Both the position numbers and the translations under genes were made by a program. Positions 10,420 through 19,863 of a stretch of 64,000 bases of DNA are shown one piece after another. Numbering within the stretch: the stretch's first letter is position 1; each line of letters starts with the position of its first letter. This DNA comes from an uncultured Puniceicoccaceae bacterium. Its GTDB lineage: Bacteria; Verrucomicrobiota; Verrucomicrobiia; Opitutales; Oceanipulchritudinaceae. The stretch is from contig CAWVVV010000003.1 in assembly GCA_963933835.1 (NCBI GenBank), positions 32,001 through 96,000 of the forward strand. Direction: 5' to 3'. Below the pieces are notes generated by a model. That model had not been told where the DNA came from. It ran no database searches and saw only the letters and a list, made by a program, of their open reading frames with translations.

Positions 10420-12492
10420 ATGCCTAGAACTTTTCTTCTTATCAGCCTCCTCCTTTCTGGCACACCCCTCACCGACGCTGCTGAGCCAAAGCCGATCAAG
10501 GCCGTCGTTCTTGCCATGTATGAAATTGGTGAAAGCGCGGGCGACATCCCCGGCGAACTTCAATTTTGGGTCGAACGCTACCCCGGGGTCGAACCCATCG
10601 AATTCCCCCTCGGACGCCGTGAGCTCTATCTCAACGACGAAGGCGTCCTCGTCGCCTTGACCGGTGGTGGCCTCACCCACGCCGCCACAACGATTACCGC
10701 CCTTGGGCTCGACGCCCGTTTCGATTTCTCGAAGGCCTACTGGCTTATTGCCGGTATCGCCGGCGCTGATCCCGAAGACGCCTCACTGGGAACCGCCGCA
10801 TGGGCACGCTATGTCGTCGATGGCGATCTAATGAAAGAGATCGATGGTCGAGAAATCCCAGAATCTTGGCCGTATGGTCAGATCCCTCTGGGTGCAAAAG
10901 AGCCCAATACCTTCGATGGCGGCTGGTCCGTCGATAACATCGTCTTCGAGCTGAATGCGGGGCTGGCGCAATGGGCCTATGAACTGACGAAAGACGATGC
11001 GGTTGACGACACCCCAGCGCTGGCTGAGTTCCGCACCGCCTTCAAGGGTTATCCAGCGGCGCAGACGCCACCGCGCGTCATTCTTGGCGACGGCATCGCT
11101 TCCAGCACATACTGGCATGGTGCCCTCATGAACGACTGGGCGAATGACTGGGTAAAACTTCACACCGGCGGCAAAGGAAACTTTGTCATGACTGGAATGG
11201 AAGACACCGGGACGCTCACCGCCCTTCGTCGACTCAGTCTGATCGGCAACGTCGACATGGATCGGGTTATGATCCTTCGCACCGGTAGTAACTTTTCACG
11301 ACAGCCTCCAGGCAAGGACGTCGCTTGGAGCACAACAGCACCCTACCCCGACAATGGCCTTCCGGCCCTCGAGGCGGCCTACAAGCTTGGCAGTAAAGTC
11401 GTCAATGCGATCGTTGACGACTGGAGTGTCTATGCGACTGAGCTCCCCTTCGCTAAACCTGTCGATGTCACGCCTGGCTGCATAGATGACTTTCCGGCAA
11501 ATGGTCCGATTAAGATCAAGGCGGTTGTGGTCACGATGTTTGAAATTGGCGAAGACACCGGTGATCGCCCCGCTGAGTTCCAATACTGGGTTGAACGCTG
11601 GCCGCTCACCGAGTCGATTGCTTTTCCGCACGGCTACCGTAATTTACGCTATGACCCTGAAACAGGCGTCCTCGGTATCGTCACTGGCATCGGAACCTTC
11701 CGTTCTGCCTCGTCGATCATGGCCCTAGGGATGGACCCGCGTTTTGATCTCTCGCAGGCCTACTGGCTTGTCGCGGGGATCGCTGGCGTTGATCCGAACG
11801 ACATGTCTCTCGGCAGCGCCGCTTGGGCCGAATGGCTCATCGACGGAGATCTTGCTCACCATATCGACGCGCGCGAGGCCCCTGCTGAATGGACCACCGG
11901 ATACACTCCCCTTCGCCACACCGAGCCCTATAAACAACCTCTTCCAGAAAACGATGAAGGCGTGCGATATAAACTGGACTCCGCTCTCGTCGAGTGGGCG
12001 TATCAACTTTCCAAGGACACCGAACTTCTCGACAACGAGGGGTCAGCAAAACTCCGGGCGCGCTACGTCAATTACCCGACAGCGCAACGACCACCCTTTG
12101 TCTTGAAAGGAGACCAACTCGCCGCGATGACCTTCTGGCACGGCAAGCTCAACAACGACTGGGCAAACGATTGGGTCAACTACTGGACCGAAGGCTCGGG
12201 CAACTTTGTTACCTCCGCGATGGAAGAAACCGGAACGATGCAGTCACTCACATTTCTTGATAACGCTGGAAAGGTCGACATCGACCGCGTCCTCGTTCTC
12301 CGCACCGCGAGCAACTTCTCGATGCAATACGAAGGCGTCACTGCGGTCGAAAGTCTCAGTGGAGAAAAGAAAGGCGGCTACTCCGCATTTATTCCCGCGG
12401 TTGATAACGCCTACCGTGTTGGCAGCGTTGTCCTACGAAATATCATCGAAGGCTGGGAGACGCACAAAAACACCCTTCCCGGTCAGCGCTAA
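10420..12492 (+). CDS. Secreted protein with two tandem NUP ('purine nucleoside permease' family, nucleoside phosphorylase-like) domains
   Basis: Signal peptide; two copies of M(Y/F)EIG..GD.P.E.Q.WVER / D.RFD.S.AYWL.AGIAG.DP / (Y/F)WHG / ME.TG / LRT.SNF; alternative start 10405. Confidence 0.85.
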   Translation: MPRTFLLISLLLSGTPLTDAAEPKPIKAVVLAMYEIGESAGDIPGELQFWVERYPGVEPIEFPLGRRELYLNDEGVLVALTGGGLTHAATTITALGLDARFDFSKAYWLIAGIAGADPEDASLGTAAWARYVVDGDLMKEIDGREIPESWPYGQIPLGAKEPNTFDGGWSVDNIVFELNAGLAQWAYELTKDDAVDDTPALAEFRTAFKGYPAAQTPPRVILGDGIASSTYWHGALMNDWANDWVKLHTGGKGNFVMTGMEDTGTLTALRRLSLIGNVDMDRVMILRTGSNFSRQPPGKDVAWSTTAPYPDNGLPALEAAYKLGSKVVNAIVDDWSVYATELPFAKPVDVTPGCIDDFPANGPIKIKAVVVTMFEIGEDTGDRPAEFQYWVERWPLTESIAFPHGYRNLRYDPETGVLGIVTGIGTFRSASSIMALGMDPRFDLSQAYWLVAGIAGVDPNDMSLGSAAWAEWLIDGDLAHHIDAREAPAEWTTGYTPLRHTEPYKQPLPENDEGVRYKLDSALVEWAYQLSKDTELLDNEGSAKLRARYVNYPTAQRPPFVLKGDQLAAMTFWHGKLNNDWANDWVNYWTEGSGNFVTSAMEETGTMQSLTFLDNAGKVDIDRVLVLRTASNFSMQYEGVTAVESLSGEKKGGYSAFIPAVDNAYRVGSVVLRNIIEGWETHKNTLPGQR

Positions 12493-12504
12493 GCGAAGGA
12501 AGCT

Positions 12505-12981
12505 CTACTTCGCGCTCGGTTCAATCGTGTAGCTAAGCTCAAAGCGGTGGCCACCGGATGACTGATCAATCGTCATTGCTCCCGCAATGCCTTTGAGCTC
12601 TCCAGTGCCCGAGTCAGGAACGATGACAACCGTCAACGAACTCTCCCCACGGCTCATGAGACCCGTGTGCTGGAGCGCAAAACTGCCGGTTTTGCCATCC
12701 AGAGTGGCTTCGACAAGCTCCATCGCGACATAGCCTGCCGAACCAGGATTTGCAGTCCGAACGCTCAGCATCTGTCCTTTTCCGGTGCCTGCGAGACTCC
12801 CGTAGTAGATCTTATCGATCGTCAGCCTACCGGCCTGAAATTCACTGTCTTCACAAGGCTGAACCTTGATGTCAAAGGTTCCGGAAGCGATCAATGGAGT
12901 CGTCATAGGAGAAGTTATGGGGTTGGCGCAAAGCGTGGTGAATACACCGATAAAGAGTAAGATTATCGTCTTGGTCGACAT
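12505..12981 (-). CDS. DUF3224 family protein
   Basis: AGYVAME...TLDGKTGSFALQH.G..IVPDSGTGELKGIAG. Confidence 0.8.
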   Translation of the reverse strand: MSTKTIILLFIGVFTTLCANPITSPMTTPLIASGTFDIKVQPCEDSEFQAGRLTIDKIYYGSLAGTGKGQMLSVRTANPGSAGYVAMELVEATLDGKTGSFALQHTGLMSRGESSLTVVIVPDSGTGELKGIAGAMTIDQSSGGHRFELSYTIEPSAK

Positions 12982-12997
12982 TTGAAATCTCTCCTAG

Positions 12998-14374
12998 CTA
13001 GGCCTTCTTAGCAACCGCCTCGAGGATAGCCCTAGAGATTAATTGTCCTTTTTCAAAAAGACCTAGATGCAAACTTTCATTCGGCGCATGGTGGCGATCT
13101 TTATCTGTAAATACGCCGACCATCAGCGCATCCATTCCGAGCGCTGCCTTAAGTTGCCCAATGATAGGTATGCTTCCGCCCTCGCGAAGATAAACGGGGG
13201 TATCACCAAAGACCTCTTTGGCTGCTTCTTCAGCGGCAACAAAAGCGCGCGCTAAGGCGGCGTTCTGATCTGCTGGGGTATCACTTCGACCCGGAGGCAC
13301 AACGCGATAGGCTGGACCATGGTGCCCCACATGCACCTCCATGCGAACCTGTGGCGGACAGCGTTCGAGAAGTGTTTTCTTCACGAGGGCAGCAATCTCA
13401 GCGGGCTCCTGATTGGCAACCAGACGACAACTGATTTTCGCAAAGGCCTGACTCGGCACGATCGTCTTATCTCCTGCACCTTGATAACCGCCGCCGATGC
13501 CGTTGAACTCAAGTGTCGGCATCACGCGGGTCACCTCCATTGGAGACAGTCCACCCGTCGGAGCGAAGTCAGGAACATCGAGAAACGCTCTCAAGCTTTC
13601 AGTATCAGACCCGAGGCGGGCGATTTCATCACGCTCCCATTGCTGAACATCGACAACGGCGTCATAGAAATTTGGGACATTCACGCGTCCATCCGGCGAA
13701 TGAAGAGATGCACACACCTCCGCTAGCGCTTGCACTGGATTGTAGACGGCGCCACCAAACAGACCCGAGTGCAGATCGCTTGAAGGGCCAGTGATTTCTA
13801 CCTCCATTGTTACAATACCACGCAGAGCCACTGTAATACCGAGTTGTTCTGGCGTCGGGCTCATCGTGTCCGAGAGAAGTAGAAAGTCCCCGCGAAGCTC
13901 GTCGCCATACTTCTCCAAAATATCAGAGAGGCTCGGGCTACCGATTTCTTCTTCCCCTTCGACAAAGAATGTAATGTTGAGCGGCAGATCAGGCTGCTCG
14001 GCCAAAAGTTTTTTCACCGATGACAAGTGCGCCATGAGGCCGCCTTTGTTATCCGCTGCACCACGCCCGTAGAGACGATCGCCGCGCACCTCCGCCTCGA
14101 AAGGAGGCGAAGCCCATTTATCAAGCGGATCTGGCGGCTGCACATCGTAGTGTCCATAGATCACCACATGAGGCGCGGCCTCCGAAACCTTCCGATGGGC
14201 AATCACGACAGGGTGCCCAGTCGTCGGCGCGACGCGGGCTTCAAAGCCCATGTCTTTCAAAAAGTCGCAGAGCCAGTCGCGGGCCCCTTGCATACCTTCA
14301 GCGAACTCAGGGTCAGTCGATACGCTTGGGAAACGAACGAATGCCTTCAGGGAGGAGATAGGATCAAATGTCAT
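12998..14374 (-). CDS. M20 family dipeptidase
   Basis: YGHYDVQPPDP, GRGAADNKG, EGEEEIGS, DLHSG, GGSIPI, HAPNE. Confidence 0.92.
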   Translation of the reverse strand: MTFDPISSLKAFVRFPSVSTDPEFAEGMQGARDWLCDFLKDMGFEARVAPTTGHPVVIAHRKVSEAAPHVVIYGHYDVQPPDPLDKWASPPFEAEVRGDRLYGRGAADNKGGLMAHLSSVKKLLAEQPDLPLNITFFVEGEEEIGSPSLSDILEKYGDELRGDFLLLSDTMSPTPEQLGITVALRGIVTMEVEITGPSSDLHSGLFGGAVYNPVQALAEVCASLHSPDGRVNVPNFYDAVVDVQQWERDEIARLGSDTESLRAFLDVPDFAPTGGLSPMEVTRVMPTLEFNGIGGGYQGAGDKTIVPSQAFAKISCRLVANQEPAEIAALVKKTLLERCPPQVRMEVHVGHHGPAYRVVPPGRSDTPADQNAALARAFVAAEEAAKEVFGDTPVYLREGGSIPIIGQLKAALGMDALMVGVFTDKDRHHAPNESLHLGLFEKGQLISRAILEAVAKKA

Positions 14375-14396
14375 AAAAATCAACTACAGAAGAAAA

Positions 14397-15029
14397 CTAT
14401 CGGTTGGCTTCGTAAATCTCAAGTGCCTGCGGCATGAGTTCCTCAAGACGAGCGATCCGGTTCCCGTGGCTCGGGTGAGTTGAGAGAAACTCGGGAGGCT
14501 GTCCTCCGCTATTAGCTGCCATTTTTTCCCAGAAGGTGACTGCACCGCGAGGATCGAAGCCCGCTTGAGCTGCGACGAGGATGCCTTGACCATCGGCCTC
14601 TGTTTCGTGCGAGCGACCGGAAGGGCAACATCAGCCCGACCTGTGTCCCTACACCATAAACAGCTAGCGTTGCTGCTTTCTGCTCATCCGTCATGTCAGT
14701 TTGATTCGCTGCGACGACCGCTGCGACTCCACCGATACCTCGCAAAATCTTGGCGGAGTAACGCTGGTGGCTATGCTTATAGAGAACGTGGCAAATTTCG
14801 TGTCCAATGACCGCTGCGAGCTCATCATCGGAATCGACAAGCTCAAGCAAGCCTGTGTTGACCCCGATTTTTCCGCCAGGCATCGCAAAGGCATTCGCTG
14901 AATCATCGCATCGAACTGCTGGAACGCCGCTGCCCGCATCTCTGCATCGGAAACGAGTATCGGAACGGTCGAACATCCGAACAAAATCAGGAGAGTCAGA
15001 AGGGAGGCAGAGGGTGGTTTTTTAATCAT
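14397..15029 (-). pseudogene. M48 family metallopeptidase lipoprotein, with internal deletion and frameshifts
   Basis: Three segments joined by frameshifts: LFGCSTVP lipobox; NAFAMPGGKI..HEICH; RSHETEAD..AGFDP..PEFLSTHP. Confidence 0.85.
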
Positions 15030-15058
15030 GGCAATTTTTCTAATGCTGAAGTTTTGAA

Positions 15059-15997
15059 TCATCTTTGAGCGCTTGGCAAGGCACTGGGGAAGGCACTTTC
15101 GGGTGTCGCTGTGGCAGCCGGCAGAATCCGATCAATCGGGATTTGCTTTCGGAACCACGTCCGCTGCTTGCGCGCGAGTTGTCGGGTGTGAATAATGATC
15201 TCTTCACGAAGGGCATCAATGCTAGGAAGATCACCGGCAAGAAATGCAAGCGTCTCTCGGTAACCGATCGCAGCACCGGCGGTCGATTTTGAAACAAGTC
15301 CATCTTCGCGCAACTTGGAAACTTCATCAACTAAACCTTCTTCCAGCATTTGATCCACCCTCAGGGCAATTCGCTGATGTAGCTCTGTCGGTTCCCGCTC
15401 GAGAAGGCAGACCTCTTTTTCGATGTTTTCATAGGGCTCCGCTTGATTGGAAAAACGCTTCTGTAGTGCTGTGAGCGGTTGATCTGAAGCCCGACACCGC
15501 ATCAGCGCCATCCGCACACGGCGGGGATTGTTCCAGTCAATCGTTGCATCCGCTCGATTTGCAAAAGGCTCTAGAGCACGCTGAAGGGCCTCAAGGCCAT
15601 CTGACTCGTAGAGCCTATCAACCTCAGCGCGCAGCTCAGGCGGAATGGCGATTTGGTCGACAATGGGAGAGAAAAAGCTCTTGAGATAGAAACCACTCCC
15701 CCCAGCGACGAGGATCGGTGTGCCTGTCGCGCTACACTCCTGAACAATTGAAGTGGCGTATTCAAGATAACGATCAACCGCGTATGTCTCATCTGGTCCA
15801 ACCAGATCAACTCCACGGTGTGGCACTCTGCTTTGCTCCGCTGCGGTTGGTTTGGCGGTTCCGATATCCATTCCACGATAGATGCAGTAGGCATCACAGC
15901 TCAGTATCACAGCGCCCAAACGTTCTGCCACGTCCAACGCCAGAGAGGTCTTTCCGACTGCAGTCGGTCCAACAATAAAGTAGAGCTTCGTCGCCAT
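15059..15997 (-). CDS. miaA: tRNA dimethylallyltransferase
   Basis: GPTAVGKT, IYRGMDIGTAKP, GGSGFY, AIGYRE, TRQLARKQRTWF. Confidence 0.96.
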   Translation of the reverse strand: MATKLYFIVGPTAVGKTSLALDVAERLGAVILSCDAYCIYRGMDIGTAKPTAAEQSRVPHRGVDLVGPDETYAVDRYLEYATSIVQECSATGTPILVAGGSGFYLKSFFSPIVDQIAIPPELRAEVDRLYESDGLEALQRALEPFANRADATIDWNNPRRVRMALMRCRASDQPLTALQKRFSNQAEPYENIEKEVCLLEREPTELHQRIALRVDQMLEEGLVDEVSKLREDGLVSKSTAGAAIGYRETLAFLAGDLPSIDALREEIIIHTRQLARKQRTWFRKQIPIDRILPAATATPESAFPSALPSAQR

Positions 15998-16259
15998 CTA
16001 ATAAGGTCAAGAGAAGGTCTTTGCGATATCGCCTCCGACTGCAAGGCGTCTTCTCGATCCTCGACTAGGACGAGGGCGTTTTGTTCCATCCAGAGCACAG
16101 AAAGGTGAAGAATTGCAGGAGATAGCGGTGGCGGATTGTCACTGTCCAAAGGCTTTAAGACCAAGACAGTCTGTGTTTTTAAATCCGCGGGATGGATTCT
16201 CTGTTTTCTCTGGTCGACTTCATCACCGTGACCCTTCATGTAAGGATGCTTTGCAAGGC

Positions 16260-17411
16260 GTGAAAGTCTCACTTATCACTGAAACCTTTCCCCCGGAGAT
16301 CAACGGTGTGGCGATGACTCTTCTCCAACTAGTTGAGGGTCTGACTGACCGCGGACATAAACTCCAAGTGATCTGCCCTGAACGCTCCGATCGCGACGAA
16401 TTCTTAAAACAACGCCGCTTTGAGATGGAGATGGTCCCAGGACTTCCGCTTCCGCGCTATCCCGGCCTTCGCTTCGGGCTGCCCGCCCACCGCGAGATCA
16501 AGCGCATATGGACAGCTTCGCGACCGGACCTCGTTCATATCGCAACTGAAGGACCACTCGGATGGTCCGCCGAGCGCATTGCGAACCAGCTCAACATCCC
16601 GGTCATTACTACCTTTCACACCAACTTCCATAGCTACATGTCCAGCTATGGTTTTGGTGTAATGAAAAAAGCCATCTTCTGGTGGTTGCGAACGATGCGC
16701 CGCCGCGTTAAACGAACGTTCGTTCCATCTGAAGAGCTCAAAACGGAACTCGCCTCGAACGGATTCCGAGACCTCAGCATCCTGAGTCGAGGCGTTGACA
16801 CTAAGCTTTTCAATCCGACCCAGCGTGACACCGAGCTCCGGCGAAGCTGGGGGGTCGACGACGAGACACCTGTCGTCATCTATGTCGGTCGTCTTGCCGC
16901 CGAAAAGAACCTCCCCCTTACGCTCAAGGCATGGAAGCAGATGCAAAGCATCGCCCCTAACATTCGTCTCGTGATCGTAGGAGACGGCCCAGAAAAATCG
17001 GCCATCGCAGAGAAGCACCCAGACATCATCTTTGCTGGGACTCAACGCGGAGAATCGCTAGCGCGCCACTACGCCAGCGCAGACCTCTTCCTCTTTGCGA
17101 GCACGACCGAGACGTTTGGAAATGTCATTACGGAAGCGATGGCAAGCGGACTTGTTGTCTTGTGCTACGACTACGCCGCAGGCCACAGCTACATCGTCGA
17201 CACCCAAAATGGATACACTGTTCCACTGGGAAATGAGGCGGCGTTCCTTGAGTCTGCAGGAAACATCGCTCGGTCGAGAGACCTTTGGCCTGACATTCGT
17301 GAGCGCGCCCGCATAACCGCAGAAACAATTTCTTGGGATGCTGTGATTGATGGCTTTGCCAACGAAATCGAAGCCTATGCCCACTCCCCTCAACGGACAC
17401 CGATCACATGA
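16260..17411 (+). CDS. GT4 glycosyltransferase, Agt-like diacylglycerol glycosyltransferase
   Basis: TETFPPEINGVA.TL, HIATEGPLG, RGVD, YVGRLAAEKN, STTETFGNVITEAMASG; GTG start 16260. Confidence 0.85.
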   Translation: MKVSLITETFPPEINGVAMTLLQLVEGLTDRGHKLQVICPERSDRDEFLKQRRFEMEMVPGLPLPRYPGLRFGLPAHREIKRIWTASRPDLVHIATEGPLGWSAERIANQLNIPVITTFHTNFHSYMSSYGFGVMKKAIFWWLRTMRRRVKRTFVPSEELKTELASNGFRDLSILSRGVDTKLFNPTQRDTELRRSWGVDDETPVVIYVGRLAAEKNLPLTLKAWKQMQSIAPNIRLVIVGDGPEKSAIAEKHPDIIFAGTQRGESLARHYASADLFLFASTTETFGNVITEAMASGLVVLCYDYAAGHSYIVDTQNGYTVPLGNEAAFLESAGNIARSRDLWPDIRERARITAETISWDAVIDGFANEIEAYAHSPQRTPIT

Positions 17412-18283
17412 GCAAAGCCCCGAAGAAAGCTGTCCTTTTCTACCGCACAATCGTTCTCTCCGATGTCCACCTCGGAGCGCCCGACTGCCAGATCGACAAG
17501 GTCAACCACTTCCTCAAACGCACTCATAGCGAAAAATTAATCCTCAATGGTGACATCATCGACAGCTGGTCGCTCGGACGTAGTGGCGGCTGGACCAAAA
17601 AGCACACGCGCTTTATCCAGATCGTGCTCAAGAAGCTCGAGAAGTTCAACGTCGAGATGATCTACTTGAGAGGCAACCATGACGACATCCTCGATCGCTA
17701 TATGCCACTCGATTTCGGGCGTTTCAGCATTGTCGATAAACACATCCATGAAGGACCGAAAGGGCGCTACCTCGTAGCTCACGGAGATGTCTTCGATGCC
17801 GTAACTAAAAACACAAAGATCATCGCTGTCATCGGTGACATCTGCTATCAGGGATTGCTGAGAATAAATCGCTTCTACGACCTCTACCGTAGCTGGCGGG
17901 GCAAAGAATTATTTTCCCTGAGCAAGGCAATCAAAGCTAAAACAAAGAAGATCGTAAACGTCATCTCTCGCTTTGAAAAAAATGTTGAGTCCTTCACACT
18001 AAAAGCGGGGTGCACCGGTTTTATCTGTGGGCATATCCATACCCCAGACGACAAACGAATCGGCTGTATCCACTACCTCAACAGTGGAGATTGGGTAGAG
18101 TCGAACAGCGCTCTCGTTGAGCATCTCGACGGACGCTGGGAAGTCATCAACTATGAGGATTTCCTCGTCGAAATGGCTCGAGTCGAGGCCCACCGAGAAG
18201 CTGAGGCTGAACATAAGCGCACACCCGTCGAAGAAGAGACCGACGAGGATGACAGCCCAGTGACCTCTTTGCCTGTTACCTAA
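17408..18283 (+). CDS. Metallophosphoesterase, LpxH/PlcP-like
   Basis: SDVHLG, GDIID.W, RGNHD, HGD.FD, CGHIH, YLNSGDWVE; overlaps the GT stop (ATGA). Confidence 0.85.
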   Translation: MSKAPKKAVLFYRTIVLSDVHLGAPDCQIDKVNHFLKRTHSEKLILNGDIIDSWSLGRSGGWTKKHTRFIQIVLKKLEKFNVEMIYLRGNHDDILDRYMPLDFGRFSIVDKHIHEGPKGRYLVAHGDVFDAVTKNTKIIAVIGDICYQGLLRINRFYDLYRSWRGKELFSLSKAIKAKTKKIVNVISRFEKNVESFTLKAGCTGFICGHIHTPDDKRIGCIHYLNSGDWVESNSALVEHLDGRWEVINYEDFLVEMARVEAHREAEAEHKRTPVEEETDEDDSPVTSLPVT

Positions 18284-18441
18284 GCCAAATAGGCGGCTTT
18301 TAGACCTAAATCGACAGCCTATGCGCCAGTCACGGTGCATGTCTTTCGCATAAGGCTTAATCCGGCCTTGTGCGACTGCTACACTTCCTCTCTCATCGCA
18401 TTTTTCCTACCGCTATAGTTTGTAACCAAATACTAGCCCTA

Positions 18442-19860
18442 ATGCCGCGCACCTACCGCCACACCAAGGTCATTTTCACGATTGGCCCAGCAACCACTGA
18501 CGAGGAAATCCTCGAAAAGCTCCTCAACGTGGGCGTCGACATCTGTCGTCTGAACATGGCCCACGCCTCCCACGAGTGGACTAAACAGACGATCGATACA
18601 GTGAATAAGGTCTGCCAAAAGACAGGCCGGCAAATCGCGTTCATGATGGACGTCAAAGGACCCGAAATCCGGACCGGAGACGTAGGCGAGGAGCTCCAAC
18701 TCATTGCCGGCGAGACTTTTGATCTCTTGATGGATCCCAAAGCTGCCGAAGAAGGCATCCGCGGAACAACGGTTAACTATCCAGGACTGAACAAGGACAT
18801 CAACGTCGATGACGTCATCCTCGTCGACAGTGGGCTGATCCGGATGAAAGTCATTGAAATCAATGACGAACGCGTCCGTTGCACCGTGGTCATTCCCGGC
18901 CCGATGGGCAATCGCCGCCACATCAACTTGCCTGGCATTAAGGTCAACCTACCCTGCCTGACCAAAAAAGACCGTGATGATATCATGTGTGGTATTGAAT
19001 GCGGCGTCGACTTTTTCGCCCTCAGTTTTGTTCGCGAGCCCGATGACCTCGATATCTTGCGCCGCTTCATCGCTGACAATGGAAGCGTAGCTAAGATCAT
19101 CGCGAAAATCGAAGACCAGACCGCGGTCAAGAATCTCGACGAAATCATACTCGCTTCAGATGGCCTCATGGTCGCTCGGGGTGATCTCGGTATTGAAATT
19201 CCATACGAGACACTCCCACTCGTGCAGCACCGCGCGGTAAAGACCTGCCTCGCGATGGGTAAACCGGTTATCATCGCGACGCACATGCTCGAAACGATGA
19301 TCACGAATCCGATGCCAAGTCGGGCAGAGATCACAGACGTCGCGACGGCCGTGCTTGAGCAGGCGGACTGTATTATGCTTTCGGGCGAAACCACCGTGGG
19401 CAAGTATCCGGGCGAGTGCGTTGATGTCTTTAACCGCGTCAGTCTAGCGATGGAGGGCCAGCGCGGTGATCCTTACAATACGGCTGTTAGCCTGAAGACT
19501 CCAAAGGCGATGCTACTGCGATCCGCAGTTGTACTAGCCTCTGAGATTCCGGATGCGGTCATCGTCGCTTTCACTAAAAGCGGTTATATCCCACAAATGT
19601 TGAGTGCTTTGCGTCCTCGCGGCACACCTGTCTTTGCTTTCACTGAAAGTGATCAGATCTTTAGGCACATGCTCCTTCTATGGGGCATCGAGCCATTCAA
19701 GGTCGAGTTCAGTGAAGATCCAGATGAGACGATCAACCGCGCCGTTGGTAAGCTCAAGGAGAAGGGCTGGATCACACAAAAGAGCCACCTCGTCGTCGTC
19801 ACCAACGTCCTCGTTAAGGATCGTGTCATCGACACGATTCAACTCAGGACAGTTGACTAA
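18442..19860 (+). CDS. pyk: Pyruvate kinase
   Basis: TKVIFTIGPAT, RLNMAH, KGPEIRTG, MVARGDLGIE, MLSGET. Confidence 0.96.
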   Translation: MPRTYRHTKVIFTIGPATTDEEILEKLLNVGVDICRLNMAHASHEWTKQTIDTVNKVCQKTGRQIAFMMDVKGPEIRTGDVGEELQLIAGETFDLLMDPKAAEEGIRGTTVNYPGLNKDINVDDVILVDSGLIRMKVIEINDERVRCTVVIPGPMGNRRHINLPGIKVNLPCLTKKDRDDIMCGIECGVDFFALSFVREPDDLDILRRFIADNGSVAKIIAKIEDQTAVKNLDEIILASDGLMVARGDLGIEIPYETLPLVQHRAVKTCLAMGKPVIIATHMLETMITNPMPSRAEITDVATAVLEQADCIMLSGETTVGKYPGECVDVFNRVSLAMEGQRGDPYNTAVSLKTPKAMLLRSAVVLASEIPDAVIVAFTKSGYIPQMLSALRPRGTPVFAFTESDQIFRHMLLLWGIEPFKVEFSEDPDETINRAVGKLKEKGWITQKSHLVVVTNVLVKDRVIDTIQLRTVD

Positions 19861-19863
19861 AGG

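Noticed and set aside
10324..10680. N-terminal extension of the NCS2 ORF to 10680
   Set aside because: Overlaps the divergent NUP gene; family homology begins at MLERLFKL (10323)
16404..19403. Long antisense ORFs (16404-17045, 18777-19403 and similar)
   Set aside because: Shadow ORFs opposite well-supported genes, with no motifs
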